Assembly: GCA_028534125.1 (NCBI GenBank)
Contig: CM052817.1
Location: 57,166,001-57,230,000 of the forward strand
Reading direction: 5' to 3'
DNA: 64,000 nucleotides
Source: Lama glama
Lineage: Eukaryota
The position numbers and the translations under genes were made by a program. This document shows positions 13,941-26,387 of this stretch, one piece after another. Below the pieces are notes generated by a model. That model did not search any database, was not told where the DNA came from, and worked only from the letters and a program-made list of their open reading frames with translations. The stretch's first letter is position 1. Each line of letters starts with the position of its first letter.

Positions 13941-14155
13941 GAAGAAAACAAAAATGAAAATGCCACTGCCTCAGGCTGTGGCAGAAGCAGGATGAGCTTT
14001 TTGAGGGGAAGGGATTGTTCTGATAAGTGGAAATTGTACTAACAATTTGGAACAAGAAAACCTACATTTAACAATTGAAACATTTAGCAAATTATAGCAC
14101 GTAAAATTAATTAAAAATACACAAAAGTAGGAATTGATTACCAATATGCAAATTA

Positions 14156-14539
14156 TGGGGTAATTCAAAGAAGGACTGCACTCTTTTTTAAATTACATTA
14201 CTCATCAACCAGATTATAGAAGCATGTGGTTTGCATATAAGTTATGTCAAGAACTTCATTTTGTAGTCTTCTTCCTCATTAGACATGAGGAAATAAAGAA
14301 CTGCATTGAAGCTGCTATTTTACCCTCTAACTATGACATATTAAAAAGTATTTGGAATGAACTAGACCACAAGATTAATGTGAGACTTGTGACATGTGGG
14401 GTACAACTTGAATATTTGTAAACTATAGAAATGACTGTCCTAGTTCCTTTATAAATGGGTTTTGACCAAATGTTAATGTACAACCTAGTTACTAAGTAAT
14501 ACATTTTTGAAAGAGTACAATTCTTTTTGAATCACTACA
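14156..14539 (+). mobile_element. Non-autonomous Tc1/mariner-type DNA transposon (DNA1_Mam-like) with a transposase C-terminal remnant
   Basis: Imperfect ~30-bp TIRs (tggggtaattcaaagaaggactgcactcttt and aaagagtacaattctttttgaatcactaca); TA on the left flank; ORF 14224-14421 ends EEIKNCIEAAI...DILKSIWNELDHKINVRLVTCGVQLEYL, like Tc1-family transposase C-termini. Confidence 0.75.
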
Positions 14540-14689
14540 CGTCACTCATTCTTGCATGTACACCACACACACATACACACACTGACTAAAAGGAGGTAAT
14601 GCAAGAACAGTATTTTTGAAGTAGCAGTATTTTAGGTTTTATTTAAATTCCCTAGTTTTCTTTGTAAAGTAAAATTATCTTTGTAATAT

Positions 14690-14882
14690 GAGCCATTGAC
14701 CTAAGTCCTGCCACTAACTGCCTATATAATTTGGGGCAAGTCATTTAAGCTTTCTTAGCTTCATTTAGAAAATTCAGATCATAATTCTGATCTCACAAGA
14801 TTGATATGAAGACTAAATGATACATTTTATTTGAAAGTGCAATGTAAACTCTAAAATATGATACAAAAATAAATTATTATAA
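14690..14882 (+). mobile_element. MIR (MIR3/MIRc-like)
   Basis: cctgccactaactgcc...ttggggcaagtcatttaagc. Confidence 0.7.
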
Positions 14883-14899
14883 TGGTATTCATATGCAAG

Positions 14900-15215
14900 T
14901 ATTCTCTTCTCAAATGCCCCCTCCTTAGAGATACGCCTTCCCTGATGTCCCTGATGTGACATGGCACAATTTCAACCAAAACAAACAAGTCACCCTGATA
15001 TCCTTTTCAGTTTTGTTTTCCTCACAGCATTTCTCACTCCTGCAATTGTCATTTATAATTGGTTTAGGTGTTTATTGCTTCCCACTAGAAAATAAGCTTC
15101 ATGAGAGTAGAAGCTGTGTCTGTTAATTGCCAATCACCAGCTCCTAAGAAAGTAGCCAGCTCAAAACGGGTACTCAGTAAATATCTATGGAAGGAAGAAA
15201 AGGAGGAAGCAAGGA
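14900..15215 (+). mobile_element. L2 3' end
   Basis: caaatgccccctccttagag...cccactagaaaataagcttcatgag...tactcagtaaatat. Confidence 0.7.
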
Positions 15216-17634
15216 AGGGTAGTGTCTATGCAAATGTAATTCCCTTGTCTCTTCAAGAAGAGGTCAATACAATGGCCAAAAGAGAGCCAAAGTATAGAGG
15301 GTAAACCAGCAAGAAATCCAATTGGGCAGCTCTTAGCTTACCCCTCAGCCCTCAGAATTCAGTACTGAATCTAAGAGAAAACCATATAGTTTATTTAAGG
15401 GAAATAATTTTTAGTGCTACCTCCTATAGCACAAATCTATTCTCATATCAAAATAAGGTATACTGTAAACTCTACTCTTAAGATGTTGCTTTGTACAACT
15501 GTCTGATCTTGATATTCTTTTCTGTTGGTCTAAGTGTTTGTGTTTGCTCATTCCTCTCTAGCGGATTTCAAAATCCAAATCACTGCAGTAATTCATTTTT
15601 TATTGTTCTCTTGCTCAGCTTCAACACATGTACAGTAGTAGTGTTCACTCTTCAGGGGGATAATGGCATTTTTGGAGATTTTACTGTAGTCATTACTCTT
15701 GCTTCTTTATTAAGAGACTTGACTTTAATCTTCTGCTTTAGCTATGTGGTTTATCTTATGAATATTAATATACAACCCAAAGGGATCTAGCCAGTGAATA
15801 TGAATTAGAGAGGGATTTTTTATACTGAAGAAAGAGAAAGCCATTTTCTGGTATGCACATCTTTCTGGGGTGTACAAGTTCTAATTTAATCAGCATGTAG
15901 TCATCATGTATGCCACTAGCACTCCAGGCCACGAAGTAATTGAAATGATTCAAGCTTGTTTAATAAAGTAATTTCAATTATAGCGGGACTTGAGTCAGAA
16001 AATGTCAGCTGCACAAAGTTTATGCTGCCTGGAATCAGCAATAGGGCACCAAATGCTTGTAGAGAAAGTGCCATTGTGGAAATAAGCTGTACTTCTTTAG
16101 GCTGTGAAACACCTCTGTTCACATGAGACCAGTTTCTTACTTAAGTGGTCTGTTAGTTGAGGAAGCCATATTAAATCTTGTCCTAAAAACAGAGTAAAGA
16201 AATTTAAGTATAGCCAAGAACTTAGAACTGAAAGAGTCAGAAAGTCCACCCTATATCCTCTAAACATAACTGGAGCTGACACTTCACCACAGTCTGTACC
16301 GCTCCCTAATGCCTCAAGCCAAGTCATCATTTATATCTGGAGCCACTTATGACAGAAAACTGCTCTACATTCTCTCCTTCAAAATATTAGAAAGGAGATT
16401 CCACAACTTTTTACTGTAAAATGTAATAGCATAAAATACATATTTAAAGTCATTTTTCCATCACCAAATAATACAAAGATATTACAGAAGCTCATAATAT
16501 GGTGCTTTCAGTATTTCATAAGTGATAAACTCCAACATGCTTCATGTTTTCCATTCTCTTTCTTCTACTTCCCCTTTTGCATAATATGCTTTATCCTTCT
16601 AAGCTAGTACTGCAAGCATATTTTACCCACTTAGAGGGCTGAGTAGTTCCACTACCCTAAAGAGCTTTAATTCCTGAATTATGATGCTATTGCTGTCCCT
16701 CTTTTGTTTACCCTTTTCTTTGATTAGGGGACTTCTTTGTTTATAGAAACGGTTTGCTTTTTACTTATTACCATCTCAGTTTCTAGTGCTGCTCCTTACC
16801 CATAACTGTTGAGTAGACAGACAGTTGGACTATCTGTTTGCAATTCACCACTATATAACCTAGAAGGACTTATTAAATTCTTTTTACTTAGGTTTATCTG
16901 TTCTCCAAACAGTCCTCTCTCACCTTGATCACATTGGGTTTAGGCTAATTTTTTAAATTTAGCAATGATCTATTTTTAATATGAAGCCACAGTTGCCTCC
17001 AAAGGTAACAGGACCTTTTATGGGTTCATCAACACTGCCACTGCAGAATCTCCTTCCAGTCTAGTTCTAGGAATCAAAACTCATGGACATTAGAGGTTTG
17101 CTATTATGCTAAATGAAGATAATTAACATCTGCTCTAAAAATACACCTTCCTAAGTTTCCTCCCACTAGAGACATCTACTAATCAACTACAGATATCTTA
17201 CAGCTTAGACAACCCAACTTTAGTTGAGACAGTGAGGACATGCAGTGAGATAATAATTGTCCAATATATTTTTTAAATTATGTGTGGTCATACAGAATAG
17301 TCATTTAACATCTTACCAGAGTTGGTAGGAGAATTAAACATAATCAGACTTTATTTCTGACAAAGACTAAACATTCCTTGAACTTGAGTATCAGGATTCT
17401 CGAGTGAAATTTCTTCTTATGAACTGAAGTTATTTGATTTTTCCTATAGAAACATTTCCAAATATATATTGGAAGCCAACAGGATTACATAAGTTAATAT
17501 ATAAATATTTACTCTCTGCACAACTTTTAGTTTAACCTTTCTTTAAAAATCCTACTTCCTATCTCCTCATTGATCTGTTCTGAACCCTAGCTAAGTAATA
17601 CACTCAGTTCAAAACTGCAAAGAATAAAAAGTTC

Positions 17635-17830
17635 CTGGTTTATATAGCACTTTCCCTTTATAATCCTCAAAGGAGTGTGTAGATGCAAGATCATTATGAG
17701 TCCAACTTTACAAATGGGGAACTTGAGGCTCAGAGAGGGTAAACAGCATTACCAAGGTCAGGCAGTAGTTGAGTTCCAAAGTACCCAGTCTTCCTAAATT
17801 TTAATTTGCCTTACTTACCCAGAAGACCAT
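17635..17830 (-). mobile_element. MIR SINE
   Basis: tttacaaatggggaacttgaggctcagagagggtaa. Confidence 0.7.
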
Positions 17831-20429
17831 GCTACTGCTTCAGTAAGGAAACTGTGCCCTTATAAGCACTGACACTAAACTTCTCCTGCTTAGCACTCCA
17901 GAGAAAGAGAAGTAAGAAATTAAAGGTTCAAATTTTGAGGGGCAATGAAATGCTTATGACAATGGTATTCCTTGCTAAATACTCTAATTTTTATATCATT
18001 TCAGAAGAAATCCTTCTATATTCAGAGGACTTCTAATGTACTGAGCTAATGATACCCACTTCTTACTGAATAGCAATATCTACTTATGCTCATTTTATGG
18101 CTATAAAAAGGAAGGTTTTTAAAACACAACATGAAAAGATTCAAAAGGGTAATAGTTGAATTTGGAATAGAAATACAGACAAATTGCTAAAACTGTGAAC
18201 AGATAAGCTATGTACAAAGAATTCTTTCAATGTAAATCTTTCCAAGAGAGAAAATGCAACAAACAAAACTAAAAAGTAAAAAAGTGTTTCATTCTGATAC
18301 AATTATCCCTAAAGTTCTATGAAGTGCATTGAAATGGGTGCCCTGCCCAATTCTTCTGGGGCAATTGGAGATAAAAGAGTGATGTGAGACACTCACAGAG
18401 GTGCAGTGGGAGGTGTCAACCTCTCCCATCTTCCACCTGGCTTCTGAGTTAATAAGAATTTACTGAGACCCAGGAGGTCTTTGTCCTCAACTTACCAACT
18501 GCAGGTAATACAAGGACCTGTGTATCCCAGTGCTACAATGAATGTTGCTTTCAAAATGACATCTCAATTCACCCAGTCCTCCATCATTCTATAAGCATGC
18601 ATGCTGTCTGATGAAATCACAGACCTAGAGGATTTACCATCACAATAATGGTGGAGAATAAAATTAAGTTCTGTAATTTACTGAAGTTTACAATTTTAAT
18701 TTGAAGACACATCTGGTAACCTACAGACTAGTCTGAGTAATAACCACACTCTTTAAGCCTCTTTTTCTCACTGTCAGTAGAAAACCTCAGCTTCTACTTT
18801 AGAGAGAATAATGTCAATGTCATTCAGCTAAAATTATTTTCTACTAGCAATCTTCCACACACACTTTACATGCAACCATGACAAATGTACCTACGTCCAC
18901 ATCCAGCCATTCCTCTTACTCTCATTTTTGGTGGAAACACTTCCTTTCCTCTGAGCAGAGGAAATGATGGTCATCAAAACCAGTCTTTCTGAGACAAATG
19001 CTTAATATGTATGATTATCAAGCAACCATTTTGATACGGTTCTACACTAAATGTGTACGACTCAGATGCAGTTTTTGCCTTTCCTGCATGTTTAACTATG
19101 AAAGGCACATGAATATTCCCAGTGTCAGAACCTCTATTATTGTAAATATTATACAGAATAGGTAATCTATAGAAGTCTGTGAATGAGAGGACGGCAAGTT
19201 CTCTACTAGAGGAAAAGTTGGGCTAGCTTCTCTGTTTTGGAGGATTCATTTCCAAAAATTAGGAGAAGGTGGATCTTTAGAGGGCATTGGGCAGGAAATT
19301 CTATATACTTTTATAGAACTAAAATGAGATTTAAATGAATATCAAAAGAATTTTTGTAGAGAAAACTGAGCAACTAGAAGCAAAAAATTAGTATGAGAAG
19401 AGAAATTCAGCCTTGCCTTTTCATTGGCTAAAGAGAAGCAAGAAGGGCATGTTTTAGCCTAGATGTTTGAAACACTTTACAGAATAGTTAGCACCATCAG
19501 GTGGAGTCACTTGGTTCCCCTCTAGCTGTCTCCCTGAGTCATACCCTCCAAATTCTCCCAAATGAAGTTGACTGTCCCACCTCAGGCAGCAATTGCTCTG
19601 ACTACCAAATCCTTTTGCAGCACTGAAGACATGCTTGCTTTTAAAATCCATCCCTGATATAAATACCAAAGGTCATCAAACTCCACGAAATACAAGAATG
19701 AAGCCCTCCATCTCCCAGAAAATGGATGTGACCACAAATGACGTACCTAACTTTAGGGACCTGGGGTAGGAGTGACCCTCAGCAGTTATTCTGCCCCATC
19801 CCAGAACAGACTTCAAGGCAGAGATGCTTCTCATCCTCTCCATCTGGCAGCGTATGGGACTTGCCCATCTTTAGACTAGTAATTACCAGGCCTATGTTGG
19901 TGCAGCTAACAGCATTTTTCTAGCATTTGTCACTTTAAGAAAAGGGACCTTTATAAAAACTGTTCATTCTTACACAATCTGCTACAAAATCCACTAATTT
20001 CCTCTTTTCATTCATCTTCCAGAAATCCTACACCCAAGACAAATGGCATTTAGTGTAGTATGCTTTCAATGATAACCACAGTGAACAAAATAGTTTTAAG
20101 AATTCTACTCATCAATTCTTAATAAATATTATGATACTAGCACTGAGGCATTCGAGTGACTTTCCCAAGCAGATCTCAAGCTCTTCAGCAACATAAATGC
20201 ATTAGATCTCTTAATTCCCTTGCAAAACAAGCTCAGAAGCCAGAGCTAAAACATGATTTTATAATGCAACGTCAGGTCACCAGGAAATGGCCCATCTTTT
20301 AAAAGAGAAAAAGTAGTGGGGACAAGATTATCGTAACAGTAAAATGATCAGAGTACTAGCACTGTCTCATCCATTTCCAAGTCCAGTTTACCAGGAAATG
20401 TTGGTTAACAGTGAAAGATTCACTGTCCT

Positions 20430-20760
20430 GTCATTCAGTTATTTAAGAACTATTTATTAGGTGGCTACATGGTTCCAGGCACCAGGTTAAACCCTTGGGA
20501 TATATATATTTTTTAAAAGCCCTTTCCTTGTCAAGTGTACAGTAAGTACAGCAGCAATAGCTATTTAAAATATAGTAATAAAATACCGTGTAATAAGTAA
20601 AATAATGGAAGTATGCCTGGGAAGTACAGATAGCATGTATGTGATAGTGTGTAACTTTGTGTAAGGGAATGAAAAGATATTCCAGAAAAGATTGCCCTAA
20701 GATACAATATCCAACACAGAAGGTTGAGTAGGAGTTTGACAATGTAGTGAGTATTCTTTT
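20430..20760 (-). mobile_element. L2 3' fragment
   Basis: tcattcagttatttaagaactatttatt...ccaggcacc is an antisense L2 terminus. Confidence 0.55.
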
Positions 20761-21264
20761 TCTAAAGAAAAGGGATCCTTGTTGATAGCAATGAATGTGT
20801 TGCAACAAATTTTCGTGGCTTCCCTGAAGACAGACTGAAAGATCAATGTGTGAGTTAGAAGATAATGGCCCTTCCTGCCTCCAACTGCTATTTCAAGTGT
20901 AGTCTTGTGAGGGCCTTACCAGTAAATCACAGAAAAGTGCCTCTTTCTATAAAGATATGAATGTGTTTATAGTCTGTTTCTTCTACTCTCACAGGTGCTT
21001 ACAAAACAGAGATGGAATCAGAACAGGAGAAACGGCCAGCTCTCTCATTTTACAAATGAGGAAATTACATCTGTAGGAAATTAAGTGTTTTTCCTCAAAC
21101 TTGCAGATTGTTAAAGTCCAAAACCCAGAGAAACCAATCATATTGAACTCTTATTCTACTGAGAACCTCAAAGACCACAGATCACTCCATTTAACAGTAA
21201 CATACTCAAAAGTGAATCATACATGAGCTTACCCTACATAGACTATGAGCTGCTTAAGGGCGGT

Positions 21265-21620
21265 GTCTCAAGGTAGAATAAGTTTTGCTGCAGAAACAAG
21301 TAAACCTAAAAATAATGATGGCTTAAGCCAACTCAAGTTTATTTTTCACTCACAGAACATCTAGTGTACATGATGGGGACTTTCATCTCAATTCCATTAA
21401 CTGAGGAATTGAGACTACATCTTCTGATGCCATCATCTAATATGACTTCCAAGGTTGCCGTATCAGGGTAAGAGAGAGATGGTGGTGGCACATCAACTCT
21501 TTAACTGTCCCTGCCCAGTTATATGTTCACAGTCTGTTAGTCAGAAGCAGTCACATGGTCCCAACCCAACTGCAACAGAAGCTGGAAAGTACAGGAATTA
21601 TGAATATTTGATGAATCTCC
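21265..21620 (-). mobile_element. MaLR LTR (MLT1I/J-like)
   Basis: gttttgctgcagaaacaag...ggcttaag...gtttatttttcactcac...agtcacatggtcccaacccaactgcaa. Confidence 0.7.
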
Positions 21621-22599
21621 AGAACTAGCCGGAGTATGGTATAGAATGTGTGCTTAACAAGGGTATATTGAACAAATAAGCAAACGAAGAGCCCACTGTG
21701 GTCAAGCTGCTTTTTTTAGCACTATCCGGGGATATGAAGATAGGCAAGGACTAATTCCTGTGTTCAATAATTCCTGGAGCTGAGAACCTAATTGTGAAAT
21801 TAAACACAAATACACACTCTAACCAAATAAAATTAACCATCCACAGCAATGGGGACTAAATAACAAGAAAGTGATCTTCAACACAGAAGGAAAAAGAAGT
21901 CAAGATTAGAGTGGTTTGGAAATCCAGTCCTCTATTTATTTATACCCTGAACTGAAAACATTTCTCTCATAAGATCCAAAAGCCATTTGCTTCGGGATAT
22001 TATTTTAACTTGAAGGACAAGAAAAATTATGAAGTAATAAAATATAGTTGCAGAAGTTTTGGAATCCAGTTGCAAAGATGAAGACAGTTTTGTTTGGGAA
22101 TTATTTCTCACATTATTTTTTCTCTAGAGAAACATCATGTATTTCCAGAGCTGAGAATTTTCTATTTCACATTCATACACAATAGGCTCATACCGGGGCA
22201 ACTGACTTGACCATCACTAATATAGATTCAGATTTTCTTACTGTTGTAGCAACAGGAAGGTGACTGCCATTGAACAACAGAGAGCATTCTTCATAGAAAT
22301 TCCATGGAATTTTGAGTACTATAAGAATCATTTGAAAAGTGTTCATCATTTTCTGGCAAAATGCTAGCCTTTAATTTTAAAAGGTACTATTGACCTTTAG
22401 CTACAGGAAATTAAGAACCAGCCATAATATTTTACAGCAACATTTTAGCCTGATCTCAAGTTCAAAATTTTGCAGATACCAAATATGCAAACTGACACAG
22501 CATTTCTGAAAAAACTTAGCCATATGAATGAGCAGTTTTTAAAATGTTCCTATATTATGACAACTAATTTCCTTTATAAAAACCAATCCTGAAGTAATG

Positions 22600-23500
22600 A
22601 TGATAACGATTTCAACATAAGGATATTCATGCAGCATTATTGATCATTGGGGAAAACTTCAGACAACCTAAATGTCTAATTCTGAAGAAATGATTAAGCA
22701 AATTAAGTTACTTTCATATATGGAGATATTATGCAACCATTAAAACAGATGATTATAAATCTGGCAGGATCTATCAAAAATTTAAATGATTCATCCTTTT
22801 TGTCAGTATTTTCACTCCAAGGTCTCAATCCTACAGAAAATCTTTTACAAATATGCAAAAAAAAAAAAAAGTCTGCACATTCAAAGGTGTTTGCTACAGC
22901 ATTTTTATAACAACAAACATTGGAAAACCTGGATTAGAGACTATCTAAATAAAGGTAAATCTAAAAATGATAATAGATGAATTTCAAAATTTACTAACAG
23001 TAAAGGAAAATAAGTTGTAAAACAGTACGTATATCAAAAATCTCATTTTGAGAAAAAAAGATTATTTATAGATTAATAACTTAGGTATGGTTGGGGAAGC
23101 AGCATTCTGTTTAATTTTATCACAACCATGTGTTGTTTTAATTTAAATTTAAATTTTTTTCATTTTAAAACCTAACAATAATATAGAGAGACAAAGAGAA
23201 AAGGTTACAGATAACTTTTAGTTATATGAAAAAAATGCTATAATGAAATGTTAAATTGGAAACTTTGGCAATACAATATTGTGTGTATAGTATTATGTAA
23301 ACTATGTAAAACTATCATAGCCAGAATAGATGTTAGAATATTAATAGTGTCTTCCCCTTGGTAGTAGGACTATTGGTAGGAAGGTTGATGGAAGCATAAT
23401 TTTGCTTCCTATGTTTTTATGTACATTTTGCATTTACTACAAAATGTGTTAATTGTGTAATCAGGGAATTGGAAAGAGCTAAAAAAACAAAAACTAATAT
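22600..23500 (+). mobile_element. Degraded L1ME 3' fragments
   Basis: ggatattcatgcagcatt...acaacctaaatgtc; caaaggtgtttgctacagcatt; several short degraded matches. Confidence 0.5.
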
Positions 23501-23775
23501 TTAAACAAGAAAAAACATCAATATCAGCATAAATCTGAAAAGATCAAAGAGGTAGCACTATTTTTCCTATAGATGCTCCTTAAAAGCCCTTCCTTCCATT
23601 AAGTTATCTATCTTTTAACTCTATGTTTTCATATAAATGAATAAGACTACTTTGTCCTTGAAATCAGCAGATGCAACTAGAATGATGTACAACCAAATTT
23701 TCCTAGCCCATTATGGTTTTAAAACATAGCCACAAATTTTTTGATACTTCCCTCATTAACATGTGAATCTATGCC

Positions 23776-24718
23776 GGAGTTCCGATCAAGATGGCAGAGT
23801 GGTAGAACCAGGAGCTTGCCTCTCCTGGAGACTACAATGAAACCACAACTAAATGCTAAACAACCAATGAAAAAAGACTGGAACCTAGCAAAAAAGATTT
23901 TCTGCAACTGGAAACATAAAGAGGGAACCACAGCAGGACAGGAAAAGGAGTGTGCTCGTGATGTAACTAGGCCCCATATCCCCCAGGTGGGCAGCCCACA
24001 AGCTGAAGATTTGTCAAGTCACAAAGGCCCTCCCATAGGAGCGAGAGCTCTAAGCCCCATGTCAGTCTCCACAGCTTGGGTCCCGGCAATGGGAAGAGAA
24101 GGAGACCCCAGGACACCTGGTTCTGAAGGCCAGCGGGGCTTGGCTCTGGGAGCTCCACTGGACTGGGGGAAACGGAGACTCCACTTGCTTGAGAAGCGTA
24201 CATGGAAACTCACGTGCACTAGGTCCAAGGGCAGAGGCAGTGATTTCATAGGAACCTGGGCCAGATCTGCCTGCTGGATTTGTAGGGTCTCCTGAGGATG
24301 TGGGAGATGGCTGCGGCTCACTCAGGGGTCATAAAAGCTGATGGCAGACATTCTGGGAGTGTTTGGCTATGTGAGCTTTCCTGGAGGCTGACATCTTGAT
24401 TGGATCATTAGCACCAAGACCTAGCCCCACCCAACAGCCTGTAGAGAAGCCTCAGGCCAAACAACATACAGGGTGGGAACACAGCCACACCCATCATCAG
24501 ACTTCCTAAGCCACAAAGGCCTCTAGACATAGCCCTACACACCCGAGGTCCAGAACCAAGCTTCACCCAGCAGTGGGCAGGCACTGGCTCCTCCTGCCAG
24601 GAAACCTGCATAAGCCTCTTGTCCAGCCTCATCCACCAGGGGCAGATACTAGAAATAAGAAAACAACAATCCCAAAGCCTGTGGAAGGAATCCACAAACA
24701 CACAGAAAGATAGACAAT
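23776..24718 (+). promoter_or_regulatory. L1 5'UTR / internal promoter
   Basis: YY1-type motif caagatggc at 23787-23795; GC-rich ~940 bp ahead of the ORF1 ATG. Confidence 0.75.
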
Positions 24719-25600
24719 ATGAGGTGGCAAAGGAGTATCTCCCAGGCCAAGGCACAAGATAAAAATCCCAGAAGAAGTAAGTGATAAGGAGATAGGTAGT
24801 TTATCTGAGAGTTTAAAGTAATGATGGCCAAGATGTTCAGAGAACTCAAGAGGAGTATAGATGCACAGAGTGACGTTTTTAGCAAAGAGTTGGAAAATAT
24901 AAAGAATACCCAAACAGAGGTGAAGAATAAAATCACTGAAATGAATAACACACTAGAAGGAAACAAGAATAGACTAAATGAGGCAGAAGAACGATCAGTG
25001 AGCTAAAAGACAGATTAGTGGAAATCACTACTTCAGGACAGAAAAAAGAAAAAAGAATAAAAAGGAATGAGGATCGTTTAAGAGAACTCTGGGACAACAT
25101 GAAGCACTCTAATATTCACATTATAGGGGTCCCAGAAAGAGAAGAGAGAGAGAAAGGACCCGAGAAAATTTTTGAAGAGATAATCACTGAAAACTTCCCC
25201 AACTTTTGGAAAGGAAACAATCACCCAAGTCCTGGAAGCACAGAAGAGTACCACACAGGATCAACCCAAAGAGGAACACATCAAGGCACATAGTCATAAA
25301 ATTGACAACAATTAAGGGTATGGAGAAAATATTACAATTAGCAAGAGAAAAGCACAAATACAAGGGAACTCTCATAAGGTTATCAGCTGATTTTTCAGCA
25401 GAAACTCTACAGGCCAGAAGGGAGTGGCAAGATATATTTAAAGTGATGAAAGGGGAAAACTTACAACCAAGAATACTTTATCCAGCAAGGCTCTTGTTCA
25501 CATTTGATGGAGAAATCAAAAGCTTCACAGATAAACAGAAGCTAAAAGATTTCAGCACCACCAAACCAGCTTTACAACAAATGTTAAAGGACCTTCTCTC
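24719..25600 (+). pseudogene. L1 ORF1p, disrupted by stops and frameshifts
   Basis: ORF pieces LRELWDNMKHSNIHIIGVPE...IFEEIITENFPN and IRLSADFSAETLQARREWQDIFKVMK...QPRILYPARL...DKQKLKDFSTTKPALQQMLK are classic ORF1p. Confidence 0.95.
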
Positions 25601-25665
25601 ATCATCAAATCATAAGAAAAGAGAACAAAAAGAAGAAAGAGAGAAAAAAACAAAGACCTACAAAA

Positions 25666-25940
25666 GGTTGCTTTGGCTGTTTAGGGTCTTTTGTGGTTCC
25701 TTATAAATTTTGGAATTGTTCTAGTTCTGTGAGGACTGTCCTGAGTGTTTTGATGGGGGTTGCATTGGATCTGTGGATTGATCTGGGTAGTGTGGCCATT
25801 TTGATAGTGTTGATTCTTCCAGTCCAAGAGCATAAGAAATCTTTCCATTTCTTTGCGTCATTTTGGTTTTCAAAGTATAGGTAACCTCCTAGGTTAAGTT
25901 TATTTCTAGGTGTTTTGTTGTTTTTGATGTAATGGAAATG
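25666..25940 (-). mobile_element. Inverted L1 ORF2 fragment with clustered A-to-G changes (read on +)
   Basis: Reverse complement aligns to the sense L1 ORF2 at 27447-27563. Confidence 0.9.
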
Positions 25941-25994
25941 TCTCTGCCAGTTATAAAATTCTGGTTTTTGAAGTGAAAAAAAAGTGAGCGAACG

Positions 25995-26240
25995 GCTGCA
26001 AATGGCAAAATATCCTTTTTATGGGTGAGTTGTATTCCATTACATATGTATATGTATATGTATATGTATACGTGTGTATATGTATATATGCTGCATCTCC
26101 ATTATTTATTCAACTATTAGATGTGTACCTAGGATGCTTCTGTATGTCGGCAATTATAAATAATGCTGCTGTTAATAGCGGGGTGTATGTATCATTTTGA
26201 GTTAATTCTTATTTTGTGGTTGGCTTTATTCCTTTGATAA
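25995..26240 (-). mobile_element. Second inverted L1 fragment (ORF2 end) with (TATGTA)n
   Basis: gctgcaaatggcaaaa...tttttatgggtgagttgtattccatt...taaataatgctgct. Confidence 0.75.
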
Positions 26241-26269
26241 CTATGTAAGTTTAAAAAGCTAAAGCTCTA

Positions 26270-26301
26270 TAATGATTATAAATCAATAAAAATGTGTAAA
26301 A
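26270..26301 (+). mobile_element. 32-bp extreme 3' tip of a young L1 with a 17-bp TSD
   Basis: TSD aaaaagctaaagctcta at 26253-26269 and 26302-26318, preceded by TT; insert taatgattataaatcaataaaaatgtgtaaaa. Confidence 0.8.
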
Positions 26302-26387
26302 AAAAAGCTAAAGCTCTAAATGTACTTAGAAACAATGAACAGTACATATATGTAAATTTAAAAATACATATGCAGTAAAAAAAAAAG

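Noticed and set aside
19745..19845. Minus-strand ATG frame ending at ag|gtacgt
   Set aside because: No promoter or acceptor evidence and no recognisable peptide.
23741..24295. 184-aa ORF, the longest in the track
   Set aside because: Begins in the MLT1 LTR and runs through the GC-rich L1 5'UTR; no recognisable protein.
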